Below, piece by piece: positions 18,792 to 28,652 of a stretch of DNA of 64,000 bases. Position numbers and translations under genes: made by a program. The stretch lies in the NCBI GenBank assembly GCA_965223905.1, contig CBDCXV010000009.1, forward strand, positions 1 through 64,000, given 5' to 3'. The notes beneath the pieces were generated by a model that did no database searches, was not told the origin of the DNA, and saw only the letters and a program-made list of their open reading frames with translations. Numbering within the stretch: position 1 is the stretch's first letter; each line of letters starts with the position of its first letter. The stretch comes from Candidatus Latescibacterota bacterium (GTDB lineage: Bacteria; Latescibacterota; UBA2968; UBA8231).

Positions 18792-19370
18792 ATGGTAGAG
18801 AGTCCCTTGAAATTCAAGGTGCCTTGGGAGCGGTATGGACTGATTTCTGCGGTGGTGAAGGGGCTGCACCAGAGATCGCCACAGCTTGGGAAGACGGTCC
18901 TGCAGAAGATCGTTTACCTGCTTCAGGCCCTGGCCAACATCCAGGCTGGATACCGGTTCCGGTTCTATACGTACGGTCCGTTTTCAGTCGAGCTGTTGCA
19001 GGATCTTGACCTGGTTGAGGGCTTAGGGGGGGTGAAAATTAATCGCGTGGTGAGTGAACCGGGTGGGTTTCATCTCGAGCCAGGAGAAAATGCGGAGGGT
19101 TTGATCCAGAAAGCGAGCAGTCTGCTGGAGGAGCAAGGGGCGAATGACGCGATCTCCCGAATTGTTGGGGATTTCGGCCATCTCCCCGCCAAGTACCTGG
19201 AGTTGCGTGCCACGGTTGTCTACGTGGTGCGGGATCTCCAACGCAGAGAGGAGAGCGACGAAAAGAGTCGTGTCATGGAACTCGTGGAAAACTTGAAACC
19301 AAGGTTCGAAAAGCAAGAGATCGAAAAGTCGATTTCGGATCTGTCAGGGTATATAGAGTTGTCAGACTGA
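18792..19370 (+). CDS. YwgA/SocA(Panacea)-like winged-helix protein
   Basis: GKTVLQKIVYLLQ...FRFYTYGPFS...LELRAT motif; starts 3 nt after the HD gene stop. Confidence 0.7.
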   Translation: MVESPLKFKVPWERYGLISAVVKGLHQRSPQLGKTVLQKIVYLLQALANIQAGYRFRFYTYGPFSVELLQDLDLVEGLGGVKINRVVSEPGGFHLEPGENAEGLIQKASSLLEEQGANDAISRIVGDFGHLPAKYLELRATVVYVVRDLQRREESDEKSRVMELVENLKPRFEKQEIEKSISDLSGYIELSD

Positions 19371-19390
19371 CCCCAAGGCCGGAGAAAACC

Positions 19391-20371
19391 ATGACCCTTC
19401 CCATGCGCGTCGGACTCGGGCAGTTCAACACCCTTACCGACGAGATGCTCACCTTCATCAAGCAGATCGGCGTCGACGATTTCCTGATGAATATGGTGAA
19501 CGGATCCTCGCTGCCCGGGGAACAGCAGTGGGAGTACGAGGACCTCGCGGCGCTCAGACAGCGCGCCGACGGCGCCGGGCTCCGCCTTATGGCGATCGAG
19601 AACGTGCCGTTTGCCTTCTACGACAAGGCGATGCTCGGGCTGCCGGGCGGCGACGGGCAGATCGCCCACATGCAGGCGACGATCCGCAACCTCGGCAGGG
19701 CCGGCATCCCGACGCTGGGGTATCACTGGGTCCCCAACGGGGTCTGGCGCACCCCGGATCCGGCGGTGCTCTCAGGCGGGGCGAGGGGCACCCGCTTCGA
19801 CCTGGCGGCCCACGAGGATGCCGGGCCAACCCATGGGCGCGAGTTCACCGCCGATGAGATGTGGGAGAACTACCAGTACTACCTCGAGCGCATCCTGCCT
19901 GTCGCCGAGGAAGCCGGCGTCCGTCTGGCGCTGCACCCGGACGACCCGCCGGTCCCTGCGCTGGGCGGCATCGCGCGGATCTTCGGCAGCTTCGACGCCT
20001 TCCGGCGCGCCATGGACCGCTTCGACAGCCCCAACCACGGCCTCAACTTCTGCATGGGCTGCTGGTCGGAGATGGGGGGCAACGACAACGTCATCAGGGC
20101 GATCCGCCATTTCGGCGGCCAGGGGAAGATCGTCTACGTCCACTTCCGCGACGTGCAGGGCCGGGTCCCCTGCTTCAACGAGTGTTTCATCGGCGACGGC
20201 AACGTCAACACCCTCGAGGTGGTAAGTACTCTCAAGGAGGTCGGCTTCACCGGCTTCATGATCCCCGACCACGTGCCGGCGACCGACGGCGATTCATCCT
20301 GGCACCACCGAGGCCGCGCCCATGCCGTCGGCTACATGAAGGCGTTGCTGCAGGTGGTGGAGCAGCTGTAA
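19391..20371 (+). CDS. Mannonate dehydratase (UxuA) family
   Basis: LALHPDDPP, NFCMGC, VHFRDV, IPDHVP, AHAVGYMKAL. Confidence 0.88.
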   Translation: MTLPMRVGLGQFNTLTDEMLTFIKQIGVDDFLMNMVNGSSLPGEQQWEYEDLAALRQRADGAGLRLMAIENVPFAFYDKAMLGLPGGDGQIAHMQATIRNLGRAGIPTLGYHWVPNGVWRTPDPAVLSGGARGTRFDLAAHEDAGPTHGREFTADEMWENYQYYLERILPVAEEAGVRLALHPDDPPVPALGGIARIFGSFDAFRRAMDRFDSPNHGLNFCMGCWSEMGGNDNVIRAIRHFGGQGKIVYVHFRDVQGRVPCFNECFIGDGNVNTLEVVSTLKEVGFTGFMIPDHVPATDGDSSWHHRGRAHAVGYMKALLQVVEQL

Positions 20372-21372
20372 CCGCGGTCCCCCGGATACTGCGCCACCTC
20401 GGCGGGTCGGCCGCTGGCGCAGGAGGCGTACACCCCCTCGGTCAGCTGCGCCACCCGCAGTCCGCAGATTCCGGGTGCCTGCACCTCGGCGCGGCCCTGG
20501 ATCGCGTCGACGAAGTTGTGGGCAGGCGTGGCGCCCCCGGCGGCCGGCTGCGGCAGCAGGATGTCCTCCCCGCGCCTGTGGACCATCAGCGGCTCCGCGG
20601 CGCCGAACCTCATCACCCCTTCGGTTCCATAAAACGTGAACTCCTCGCGCCACTCCGGTGAGAGCGAGGTGTAGGCCAGGGTGCCGACGGCGCCGTTGGT
20701 GAACTCGACGGTCACCGCGGTGAGCACGTCGACATCGGTGCCTTGCTGGTTGATGAAGGCCTGGACCCGCTTCGGCTCGAGGCCGGTCGCCCACAGCAGG
20801 ATGTCGTTGATGTGGCTGCCGGTGTCCATGAAATGGCCCCCGCCCGACAGCGCCGGGTCGGCCCGCCAGGACGCCCCCGGCAGAAAGACGGACAGGCAGT
20901 CCTGGGCGATGACGACGTGGACGAGGCGTATCTCGCCGATGGCGCCGCTCAGCAGCAGCTCGCGGGCGCGGATGAAGCGTCCTTCTCCATGTCTCTGGTA
21001 GGCGATGGCCAGCACCTTGCCAGAGGCCGCCGCGGCGTCGAGGATGCCGCGGGCATCGGCCGCGGTGGTCGCCATCGGCTTCTCGACCAGGACGTGCAGG
21101 CCGGCCTGCAGGCACTGCCGCACCTGCTCCCCGTGCTGGGTGTGCGGGGTGGCGACGGCGACGGCGTCGAGGCCTCCCTCGGCGAGCAGCTGTTTCCAGT
21201 CCGGGAACAGCGCCACTCCATCGCCTCCGAGTGACCGCTGCAGTTGCGCCATCGAATCTCCATTGGTGTCGCAGAGCGCCGCTATGAAGGCGTCGTCGCG
21301 CTGCGAGATCTGGTGCGCGTGGTGCCCTCCCATGCCGCCTGTCCCGATGATACCTGTCCGAATTGCCGTCAC
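20332..21372 (-). CDS. Gfo/Idh/MocA oxidoreductase
   Basis: GIIGTGGMG, VLVEKPM, GGGHFMDTGSH. Confidence 0.92.
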   Translation of the reverse strand: MTAIRTGIIGTGGMGGHHAHQISQRDDAFIAALCDTNGDSMAQLQRSLGGDGVALFPDWKQLLAEGGLDAVAVATPHTQHGEQVRQCLQAGLHVLVEKPMATTAADARGILDAAAASGKVLAIAYQRHGEGRFIRARELLLSGAIGEIRLVHVVIAQDCLSVFLPGASWRADPALSGGGHFMDTGSHINDILLWATGLEPKRVQAFINQQGTDVDVLTAVTVEFTNGAVGTLAYTSLSPEWREEFTFYGTEGVMRFGAAEPLMVHRRGEDILLPQPAAGGATPAHNFVDAIQGRAEVQAPGICGLRVAQLTEGVYASCASGRPAEVAQYPGDRGYSCSTTCSNAFM

Positions 21373-21594
21373 TGGGTTCCTTTCGCATGCCCGCGTTCGC
21401 GGGCGATCGCACTCCGTGGTGGGGTGTTGCCGTCCGGGCGAAGCGGCTAAAATAACGGCGTTGAATCATGGCTCAACTCGACACAGATCGACTCGCGGCC
21501 GTTCAAGCCGGACGGGAAACCCCTTGAAATCCAGGTGCGACAGCCTCGCAGAACCCGCACGCCCGGCGCCGCGGTTGCAGGCTATCGGTGCAGG

Positions 21595-23178
21595 ATGAAT
21601 GGGGCAGAGAGCGTCGTTGAGACGCTGACCGCGGCCGGAGTCCGCCATCTCTTCGCGCTCTCCGGCAACCAGAACCTGCCTCTCTTCGACGCCTGCATCG
21701 GCAGCGACATCCGGCTCATCCACACCCGCCACGAGGCAGCCGCGGTACACATGGCCGACGGATGGGGCCGGCTCTGCGGCGAACCGGGGGTCGCCCTGCT
21801 CACCGCCGGGCCCGGGCATTGCAACGGCATCACGGGCCTGTTCGTCGCCCGGGCGGCCGAGTCCCCCCTGGTGCTGATAAGCGGCAACAGCCCGGTTGCG
21901 CAGGCCGGCATGGGGGCCTTCCAGGAGCTCGACCAGGCCGCGGTGGCGGCCCCGGTGACCAAGTGGTCGCACACCGCGACCGGCGCCGAGCCGCTGGGGG
22001 AGATCGTCGCCCGGGCCCTGCGGGTCGCGGCCGGCGGCCGCCCCGGTCCGGTCCACCTCAGCCTTCCGGTCGACCTGTTGCAGGCAGAGGTTCCGGATCA
22101 TGCCCCGCAGGCGGAGATGCCTGAGGGAACGGGTCCGCAGCTGAGCGAGGGCGATGCCGAGGATATCCTCGATCGCCTCGAGGCCGCGGACCGTCCCCTG
22201 ATCCTGGCCGGGCCCGCCATGTCGCGGGGCCGAGGCTGGAGCGGGGTGCTGGAACTGCAGTCGGTCTCCGGAGTTCCCGCGCTGCCGTGCGAGAGTCCGC
22301 GCGGGGTCGACGATCCCTGGCTGCGCGGCGCCAACAGCTGTCTCGCCAGGGCCGACCTCGTGCTGCTGCTCGGCAAGCAGCTCGACTTCTCCCTGCGCTT
22401 CGGCGAGCCCCCCGCCTTTTCCGACTCGGTGAGCTTTCTTTCGGTCGATGCCGAGGGGGCGGTAGTCAACGGCGGCCGCCTCGAGTGCCGTTTCCGCGGC
22501 GATCCCGCGGCCGCGGTTCGCCTCCTCGCCGCCGCGGCGGCAGGTCGGCAGTGGGCGGAAAGCCCGTGGAGCCGGGAGGTCAAGGCCGCCCGCGCCGTGC
22601 CCCCGGAATGGCTGGCGCAGCGCATGAGCGGCGCGGCCCCCACGCATCCGCTGGCGGTCTGCGAGACGCTGCAGCCGTTCCTGGAGGAGAACGCCGTCTT
22701 CGTCAGCGACGGCGGCGAGTTCGGGCAGTGGATGCAGGCAGGCCTCACCGCGGAGATGCGCCTGATCAACGGCCCCTCCGGTGCGATCGGCAGCTCCCTG
22801 CCCCTGGGGATGGCCGCCAGGCTCCGCTACCCGGAGCGGAACGTTTTCGTGTTTCAGGGGGACGGCACCTTCGGTTACCACGCCCTCGAGATCGACACCT
22901 GCGTGCGCTACGGCCTGCCGGTGATCGTCATCGTCGGCAACGACGCCCGCTGGAACGCCGAGGTGCAGCTGCAGATCCGCCAGTACGGCCCCGACCGCAC
23001 CATCGGCTGCGACCTCCTGCCGTCCCGGTACGACCGCGTCGCCCAGGCCCTGGGCGGATACGGGGAGCGGGTAGAGGACCCCGGCGAACTGGGGCCGGCG
23101 GTCGAGCGCGCCCTCGCCAGTGGCCTGCCATCGGTGCTCGACGTGACCATCGAGGGGGCAGCGGCGCCGGCCTTCTGA
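21595..23178 (+). CDS. Thiamine-diphosphate-dependent enzyme (acetolactate synthase/oxalyl-CoA decarboxylase-like)
   Basis: RHEAAAVHMADG, GRPGPVHL, GDGTFG...GND ThDP motif. Confidence 0.92.
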   Translation: MNGAESVVETLTAAGVRHLFALSGNQNLPLFDACIGSDIRLIHTRHEAAAVHMADGWGRLCGEPGVALLTAGPGHCNGITGLFVARAAESPLVLISGNSPVAQAGMGAFQELDQAAVAAPVTKWSHTATGAEPLGEIVARALRVAAGGRPGPVHLSLPVDLLQAEVPDHAPQAEMPEGTGPQLSEGDAEDILDRLEAADRPLILAGPAMSRGRGWSGVLELQSVSGVPALPCESPRGVDDPWLRGANSCLARADLVLLLGKQLDFSLRFGEPPAFSDSVSFLSVDAEGAVVNGGRLECRFRGDPAAAVRLLAAAAAGRQWAESPWSREVKAARAVPPEWLAQRMSGAAPTHPLAVCETLQPFLEENAVFVSDGGEFGQWMQAGLTAEMRLINGPSGAIGSSLPLGMAARLRYPERNVFVFQGDGTFGYHALEIDTCVRYGLPVIVIVGNDARWNAEVQLQIRQYGPDRTIGCDLLPSRYDRVAQALGGYGERVEDPGELGPAVERALASGLPSVLDVTIEGAAAPAF

Positions 23179-23425
23179 AGCGCATCCCCGGGAGGACGGC
23201 GGGAACCGGGAGGTCATCCCGGCGCTCGCAAGCCCGCTCCGGTGGCCGGTGGAAGGAAGGTTACCCGGGATCGAAGGCGGTATTCCCTGGTTGGTGATTT
23301 CGGGTCCCGGATCGCCGGTTTGCCCCCCACCCTATCTTTGTTGACGGAATCTGGCGAGCGCCCCCGAGCAGCTGTCAAGAACTGCGGGGGCGAGCCTTCT
23401 GAAACTCATTTCCCCGGAGAAAGAC

Positions 23426-24775
23426 GTGACGACCATACCCACTCGTACTGACGAGCCGGATCGCGCGCGCGCCGCGGGCAACGGCAATGCGGGCGATTTC
23501 ATGGTAACCGACATCGGGCTGGCCGGCTGGGGCCGCAAGGAAATCGAGCTGGCGGAGAAGGAGATGCCCGGGCTGATGACGCTGCGCGAGGAGTACGGGC
23601 CGCGGCAGCCGCTCAAAGGGGCTCGCATAGCCGGCTCCCTGCACATGACGATCCAGACGGCCGTGCTCATAGAGACCCTGCAGGCGCTCGGAGCTCAGGT
23701 GCGCTGGGCTTCCTGCAACATCTTCTCCACCCAGGACCACGCCGCCGCCGCGGTCGCCGAGGCAGGCACCCCGGTGTTCGCCTGGAAGGGGGAGAGCGAG
23801 AAGGAATACTGGTGGTGCACGGACCAGACCCTGAACTGGCCGGGAGAGGGCCCCAACCTCATCCTCGACGATGGCGGGGATTTGACCCGGTGGGTCCACG
23901 ACGAACGGCCCGAGCTGTTGCCGGAAATCCGGGGAACCTCGGAAGAGACGACGACGGGGGTCCACAACCTGCATCGCATGCTCGCCGCCGGCTCCCTGCA
24001 GATTCCGGCCATCAACGTCAACGACGGGGTAACCAAGTCGAAGTTCGACAACCTCTACGGCTGCCGGGAGTCGTTGCTCGACGGCATAAAAAGAGCCACC
24101 GACATCATGACGGCAGGCAAGGTCGCCGTTGTCGCCGGGTACGGGGACGTAGGCAAAGGCTGCGCCCAATCCATGCGCGGGTTCGGCTCGCGGGTCATCG
24201 TCACCGAGGTCGATCCGATCTGCGCGCTGCAGGCGGCGATGGAAGGGATCGAGGTGATGCCGATGAACCGGGCGGTCGAGGAAGGGGACATTTTCATTAC
24301 CACGACGGGGTGCAAGGACATCATCACCATCGATCACATGGAAGCGATGAAGGACGGAGCCATCGTCTGCAACATCGGTCACTTCGACGTCGAGATTCAG
24401 GTCGCTCAGCTCGAGGCCTACCCCGGCATCCGCAAGGACGAGATCAAGCCGCAGGTCGACCGCTTCACCTTTCCAGACGGCCGCTCGGTCATCCTGCTGG
24501 CGGAAGGCCGCCTGGTGAACCTGGGCTGCGCCACCGGGCATCCGTCGTTCGTGATGTCGATGTCGTTCACGAACCAGGTGCTGGCGCAGATCGAGCTGTT
24601 CACCGGGGAGTACGAGATCGGCGTCCACCGTCTGGCCAAGAGGCTCGACGAGCAGGTGGCCCAGCTTCACCTGAAGAAGCTCGGGGTCGAGCTCGACAGG
24701 CTCGGCGAGGATCAGGCGGGGTACCTCGGGGTACCGGTCGAAGGCCCCTACAAGCCGGATCACTACAAGTACTAG
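23426..24775 (+). CDS. ahcY: Adenosylhomocysteinase
   Basis: [55 protein letters not shown]. Confidence 0.98.
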   Translation: MTTIPTRTDEPDRARAAGNGNAGDFMVTDIGLAGWGRKEIELAEKEMPGLMTLREEYGPRQPLKGARIAGSLHMTIQTAVLIETLQALGAQVRWASCNIFSTQDHAAAAVAEAGTPVFAWKGESEKEYWWCTDQTLNWPGEGPNLILDDGGDLTRWVHDERPELLPEIRGTSEETTTGVHNLHRMLAAGSLQIPAINVNDGVTKSKFDNLYGCRESLLDGIKRATDIMTAGKVAVVAGYGDVGKGCAQSMRGFGSRVIVTEVDPICALQAAMEGIEVMPMNRAVEEGDIFITTTGCKDIITIDHMEAMKDGAIVCNIGHFDVEIQVAQLEAYPGIRKDEIKPQVDRFTFPDGRSVILLAEGRLVNLGCATGHPSFVMSMSFTNQVLAQIELFTGEYEIGVHRLAKRLDEQVAQLHLKKLGVELDRLGEDQAGYLGVPVEGPYKPDHYKY

Positions 24776-24845
24776 CGCCTGCCAGCCCGGCGGGCACAGC
24801 GGTCGGTCGGCTTGCGCCGGCACCGGAAAGAACTTGCCTGGCACG

Positions 24846-24889
24846 AAAAAGCCCCCCGGAGATCCACTCCGGGGGGCTTGCTTTTTTTC
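24846..24889. terminator. Intrinsic terminator, likely bidirectional
   Basis: AAAAAGCCCCCCGGAG-ATCCA-CTCCGGGGGGCTT followed by a T-run, between convergent genes. Confidence 0.85.
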
Positions 24890-24901
24890 GGTCCGGGTAT
24901 C

Positions 24902-25126
24902 TTACCCGGCCTGCTCCTCGACTTCCTCTTCGACCCGGGTGACTATGCGCCCGTCGGTGTACTCCCCGAGGGCGGTGGCCGGGGCGTTGTGCAGGGCTTC
25001 ACCGGTCTGCATCGCCCGCGAGTTGATGTCGCGGGCCCGGGTGAAGATCGCCCTGCAGACTTCGTACTTGTTTTCGATGTCCTGAAGGGCGGCTGAGACT
25101 TCGCCAGAGAAAATCGTATTTTCCAT
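24902..25126 (-). CDS. rpoZ: RNA polymerase omega subunit-like protein
   Basis: 74 aa; IENKYE...RARDI...ALGEYTDGRI matches the omega pattern; GGAGG RBS upstream. Confidence 0.6.
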   Translation of the reverse strand: MENTIFSGEVSAALQDIENKYEVCRAIFTRARDINSRAMQTGEALHNAPATALGEYTDGRIVTRVEEEVEEQAG

Positions 25127-25271
25127 CGCGGCGCACCTCCTTAGTTGGTGTTAGAAACTAATCGCTGATGCGGATTTGACAATTGCTTGCGGGAGATCGG
25201 GGTGAAGCGTCCCGGGCGAGGTGCCCAGCTTCGGGACATGGACAATCCGGCCTGTCGGCCTGGGCCAAGGG

Positions 25272-25943
25272 TCAGCTGCGTATCTCGGCGATCAGCTTAA
25301 CCACCCGGCGCACCTCCGCGCTGAGCCCGGCGAAATCACCCGAGGCCAGAATCTCTTTCGTGATCAGCTTCGAGCCGACGCCGACACAGGCGACGCCGGC
25401 GCCGAACCAGGCCTCGAGGCTCGCGCGCGTGACATCGACTCCGCCCGTGGGCATGATGCGGGTCCAGGGACAGGGGCCGAGAACGGACTTGACGAACTCG
25501 GGTCCGCCCACCTCGGCGCCGGGAAACACCTTGACGATCTCGACCCCGAGCTCTTCAGCTGCGGCGATCTCGGAGACGCTGCCGCAGCCGGGTGAATAGG
25601 CGATCTTGCGGCGGTTGCAGAGCCTGCCCACCTCGGCGTTCAGCAGCGGCCCGACGACGAAGTTGGCGCCGCTGGCGATGTAGAGCGCCGCGGTCGGGGC
25701 GTCGACGATCGAGCCGACCCCGAGGATGACGTCGATCTCGTGGTCGATGACGTGCCTGGCGGCATCGGCGAAGACGCGGTAGGCCTGGTCGCCGCGATTG
25801 GTGAACTCGACGACGCGGGCGCCCCCTGCGGCGCAGGCTTCGATGGTCGAGATGACGGTTTTCAGATCGCCGTGGTAGAAGACCGGCACAACGCCGACCT
25901 CGAAGATCGCGTTGAGCACGGCCATGCGGTCGTGTTGGGCCAT
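25272..25943 (-). CDS. eda: KDPG/KHG aldolase
   Basis: VVEFTNR, GVGSIVD, VKVFPG, MPTGGV. Confidence 0.9.
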   Translation of the reverse strand: MAQHDRMAVLNAIFEVGVVPVFYHGDLKTVISTIEACAAGGARVVEFTNRGDQAYRVFADAARHVIDHEIDVILGVGSIVDAPTAALYIASGANFVVGPLLNAEVGRLCNRRKIAYSPGCGSVSEIAAAEELGVEIVKVFPGAEVGGPEFVKSVLGPCPWTRIMPTGGVDVTRASLEAWFGAGVACVGVGSKLITKEILASGDFAGLSAEVRRVVKLIAEIRS

Positions 25944-26152
25944 GGTGCGGAAAGCTCCCGGGATTTGGTGTTTCGAAAAACTGTCGGGCCCCGGCGGAGG
26001 CGGGGCAGGGCCATCGGCGCCGGTCTCGACGCCGACAGAAAGGTGATCCTGCGACCGCCCGGCGAGGTGCGGTGAAACAGGACAACTACCAACAGCCCGT
26101 TGATATAGTTGCTCTGCAGGCCGCAGCCCGGACGGACTTTCTCAACGGGCTG

Positions 26153-26923
26153 CTAAGGGACGGGGAACGGGGGCGGCGTTTCGGGATAGTGGTGATGGCG
26201 GTCCTCGCCGCGCAGCAGGATCGGCTTCCAGTCGCCACCCAGCGAGTTGATCTCGGTCTGGCGCGCCTCGGGGGGAATGAAGCGAACCGTGAGGCCGCAG
26301 CGGCGCCGGTTCGAGGTGTTGGGATGGCTGGCGTGATACACCTTGCCGTAGTGGATGGACATCTGACCCGCTTCGAGCTCGAGATTTACGGCGTTCGTTT
26401 TGTCGACGTACTCGTCGGGGATCTCCTGGTTGATGCTGAGGAGGTTGCCGTCGCGGTCCGCCTTGCCGTGCGGGACGATCCCCTGGGCATGCGAGCCGGG
26501 AACCACCTGCATGCAGCCGTTCTCGACGGCGCTGTCGTCGATGGCGATCCAGGCGGTGTGGGCTTCGTCCGGCTCGAGGCCCCAGTAGGTTACGTCCTGG
26601 TGCCAGGCGACGAACTTCTCCCCCTTGGCGTCGGGGTATTTGCAGAAGAAGTGGGTGCTCAGCAGCATCAGGTCCTCGCCCATGACACCCTCCATCCAGT
26701 CGAGGACGCGGGGGTCGGCGGCCAGTTTCCAGATGAACTCCTGGTCGAAGTGCCGCGCCTGCAGGCCGATCTGGGACTTCTCCCGGCCCTCGCGGGCCTC
26801 CAGTTCGTCGAACTGCTCCCGGTAGGCTTCGATTTCATCGGCGCCGAACAGGTCGATGGGGGAGAGGTACCCATCCGCTTCGTACTGCTGCCGCGCGGAA
26901 TCAGTCACGGTTGCGGTTGTCAT
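26153..26923 (-). CDS. PhyH-family dioxygenase
   Basis: WHQDVTYW, VVPGSH, YHASHPN...RR. Confidence 0.92.
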   Translation of the reverse strand: MTTATVTDSARQQYEADGYLSPIDLFGADEIEAYREQFDELEAREGREKSQIGLQARHFDQEFIWKLAADPRVLDWMEGVMGEDLMLLSTHFFCKYPDAKGEKFVAWHQDVTYWGLEPDEAHTAWIAIDDSAVENGCMQVVPGSHAQGIVPHGKADRDGNLLSINQEIPDEYVDKTNAVNLELEAGQMSIHYGKVYHASHPNTSNRRRCGLTVRFIPPEARQTEINSLGGDWKPILLRGEDRHHHYPETPPPFPVP

Positions 26924-27083
26924 CTCGATTGCTCCTGGAATTCGCAGATGCGCTTTCTGGCGAGATCGCAAAAGCTATGGAAACGGCACCCGTCCTTCAA
27001 CCGAATCGCGACCTGTCCGCGGATTGGACAGCCCCCGGAACCCCCCTAACTTCACGGCCCCTTCAGACGAACGGAGGCCGCCC

Positions 27084-28328
27084 ATGAAGCCGATACAGGT
27101 AAACGAAGAGCTGCTGGCGGAAAGCGACTTCTTCGCCGACGCGGAGCAGCGCACCGAGTTGTCCCGGATCTTCAAGTTCGACAGCCGCCGCGTGATCCTG
27201 GGAGAGGGGGCCGTCTACCTTCTCGCCCGGGAATGCCGGCGTCTGCAGGCGCGCCGGCTGCTGCTGCTCCGGGACGGCGCCGTCGAGCATCTCGAAGAGC
27301 CGGTCCGCTGGATACTCGACCGCGAGGGGATCGAGCTGGCCGGGGTGTTCGACCGGGTGGTTCCCAATCCGACGGTGGCCAGCGTCGACGACTTCGCCGA
27401 AACCCTGCGCAACACCGATTGCGACGCCGTGGCGGCGCTGGGCGGCGGCAGTTCCCTCGATACCGCCAAGGTCGGCTCCTGCACCGCCACCAGCGGAGGG
27501 TCCTGCGCCGATTACTTCGGCTTCGACCTGTTTCCCGAGCCCTCCCGGTGGCCGCTGATCGCGATGCCGACCACGGCCGGCACCGGCGCCGAGGCCAGCC
27601 GGGTCTCCGTCATCGTCGCCGAGGAAGGGAAGCAGGCGGTGTACAGCGACCACATCCAACCTGCGGTCGCCATCGTCGACCCGCACTTCACGCGCGACCT
27701 GCCGCCGGTTCTCACCGCCGTCACCGCCCTCGACGCTATCGGCCACGCCCTCGAGTGCACGGCTTCGCTGAAGAGCAATCCCGTAGGCGACGCCGTGGCC
27801 CGCGAGGCGCTCAAGGCCGGGCTGCCGAATTTCACCGCCGCGGTCGAGAAGGGAAGCGACGATCCCGGGGCCCGCTACCAGATGTCGCGCTGCAGCCTGC
27901 TGGCCGGCCTGCTGCTCAGCCCCATCAACACCGGGGCCGCCCACGCCCTCGGGTACGGCATCGAGAAGGTGTCCCACGCCAAGGGCAAACCGGTGCCGCA
28001 CGGGACCGCGGTCGCCCTGGTGCTGCCCGGGGTCATGCGCCACAACGCCCCCGCGGCCGGGGACAAGTACTACTATGCCGCCGGGGTGGCCGGCATCGAT
28101 CTGTCGGCAAAGAGCAGGGAGGAGGCGGTCGACGCGGTGGCCGGCTGGATCGACCAGCTTCGGCGCCGCTACACCCCGTACGGGTCGTTGGCCGCGGCGG
28201 GGCTGGGGGAAGAGGATCTGCCGCGGATGGTGGAGGTCGGAATGGCGGTACGCCGCCTTCTCGACCCCAATCCGGTCGAGGTCACCGAGAGGGACGCCGA
28301 AGCGATCTACCGGACCGTCCTGGAGTAG
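27084..28328 (+). CDS. Iron-containing alcohol dehydrogenase
   Basis: GGGSSLDTAK, PTTAGTGAE, DAIGHALE, AHALGY, PHG. Confidence 0.92.
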   Translation: MKPIQVNEELLAESDFFADAEQRTELSRIFKFDSRRVILGEGAVYLLARECRRLQARRLLLLRDGAVEHLEEPVRWILDREGIELAGVFDRVVPNPTVASVDDFAETLRNTDCDAVAALGGGSSLDTAKVGSCTATSGGSCADYFGFDLFPEPSRWPLIAMPTTAGTGAEASRVSVIVAEEGKQAVYSDHIQPAVAIVDPHFTRDLPPVLTAVTALDAIGHALECTASLKSNPVGDAVAREALKAGLPNFTAAVEKGSDDPGARYQMSRCSLLAGLLLSPINTGAAHALGYGIEKVSHAKGKPVPHGTAVALVLPGVMRHNAPAAGDKYYYAAGVAGIDLSAKSREEAVDAVAGWIDQLRRRYTPYGSLAAAGLGEEDLPRMVEVGMAVRRLLDPNPVEVTERDAEAIYRTVLE

Positions 28329-28529
28329 TCCGGGCGCCGAGGTCCGGTTCCGCCGTTCCCTGTCTGTCGGGCAAAGACCGGTCAGATCCCGTCCCTGATC
28401 CGGGCTCTCGGACCCGCGGCAGGCAATTCAGTGCCTGCCCCCCACCCCGGGAAGCGACCCGTATCGGGCGATGGCGGTGACGAGGGAAGATCCGCACCGA
28501 AAACGGCCGTCCCCGGCTCGGACCCTCGC

Positions 28530-28575
28530 CAATCCCCCGGTTTGGGGAGATTGCAATCCCCCGTTGGGAGAATTG
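28530..28575. repeat. Two tandem imperfect hairpins between convergent genes (possible terminator)
   Basis: CAATCCCCCGGTTTGGGGAGATTG directly followed by CAATCCCCCGTTGGGAGAATTG. Confidence 0.45.
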
Positions 28576-28652
28576 CTACCGCTCCGCAGACCTATACGGG
28601 AAATGCAACCTCTGGCCTGGCACTGAGCCAATCCCACTGCTGGGAAGATTGG

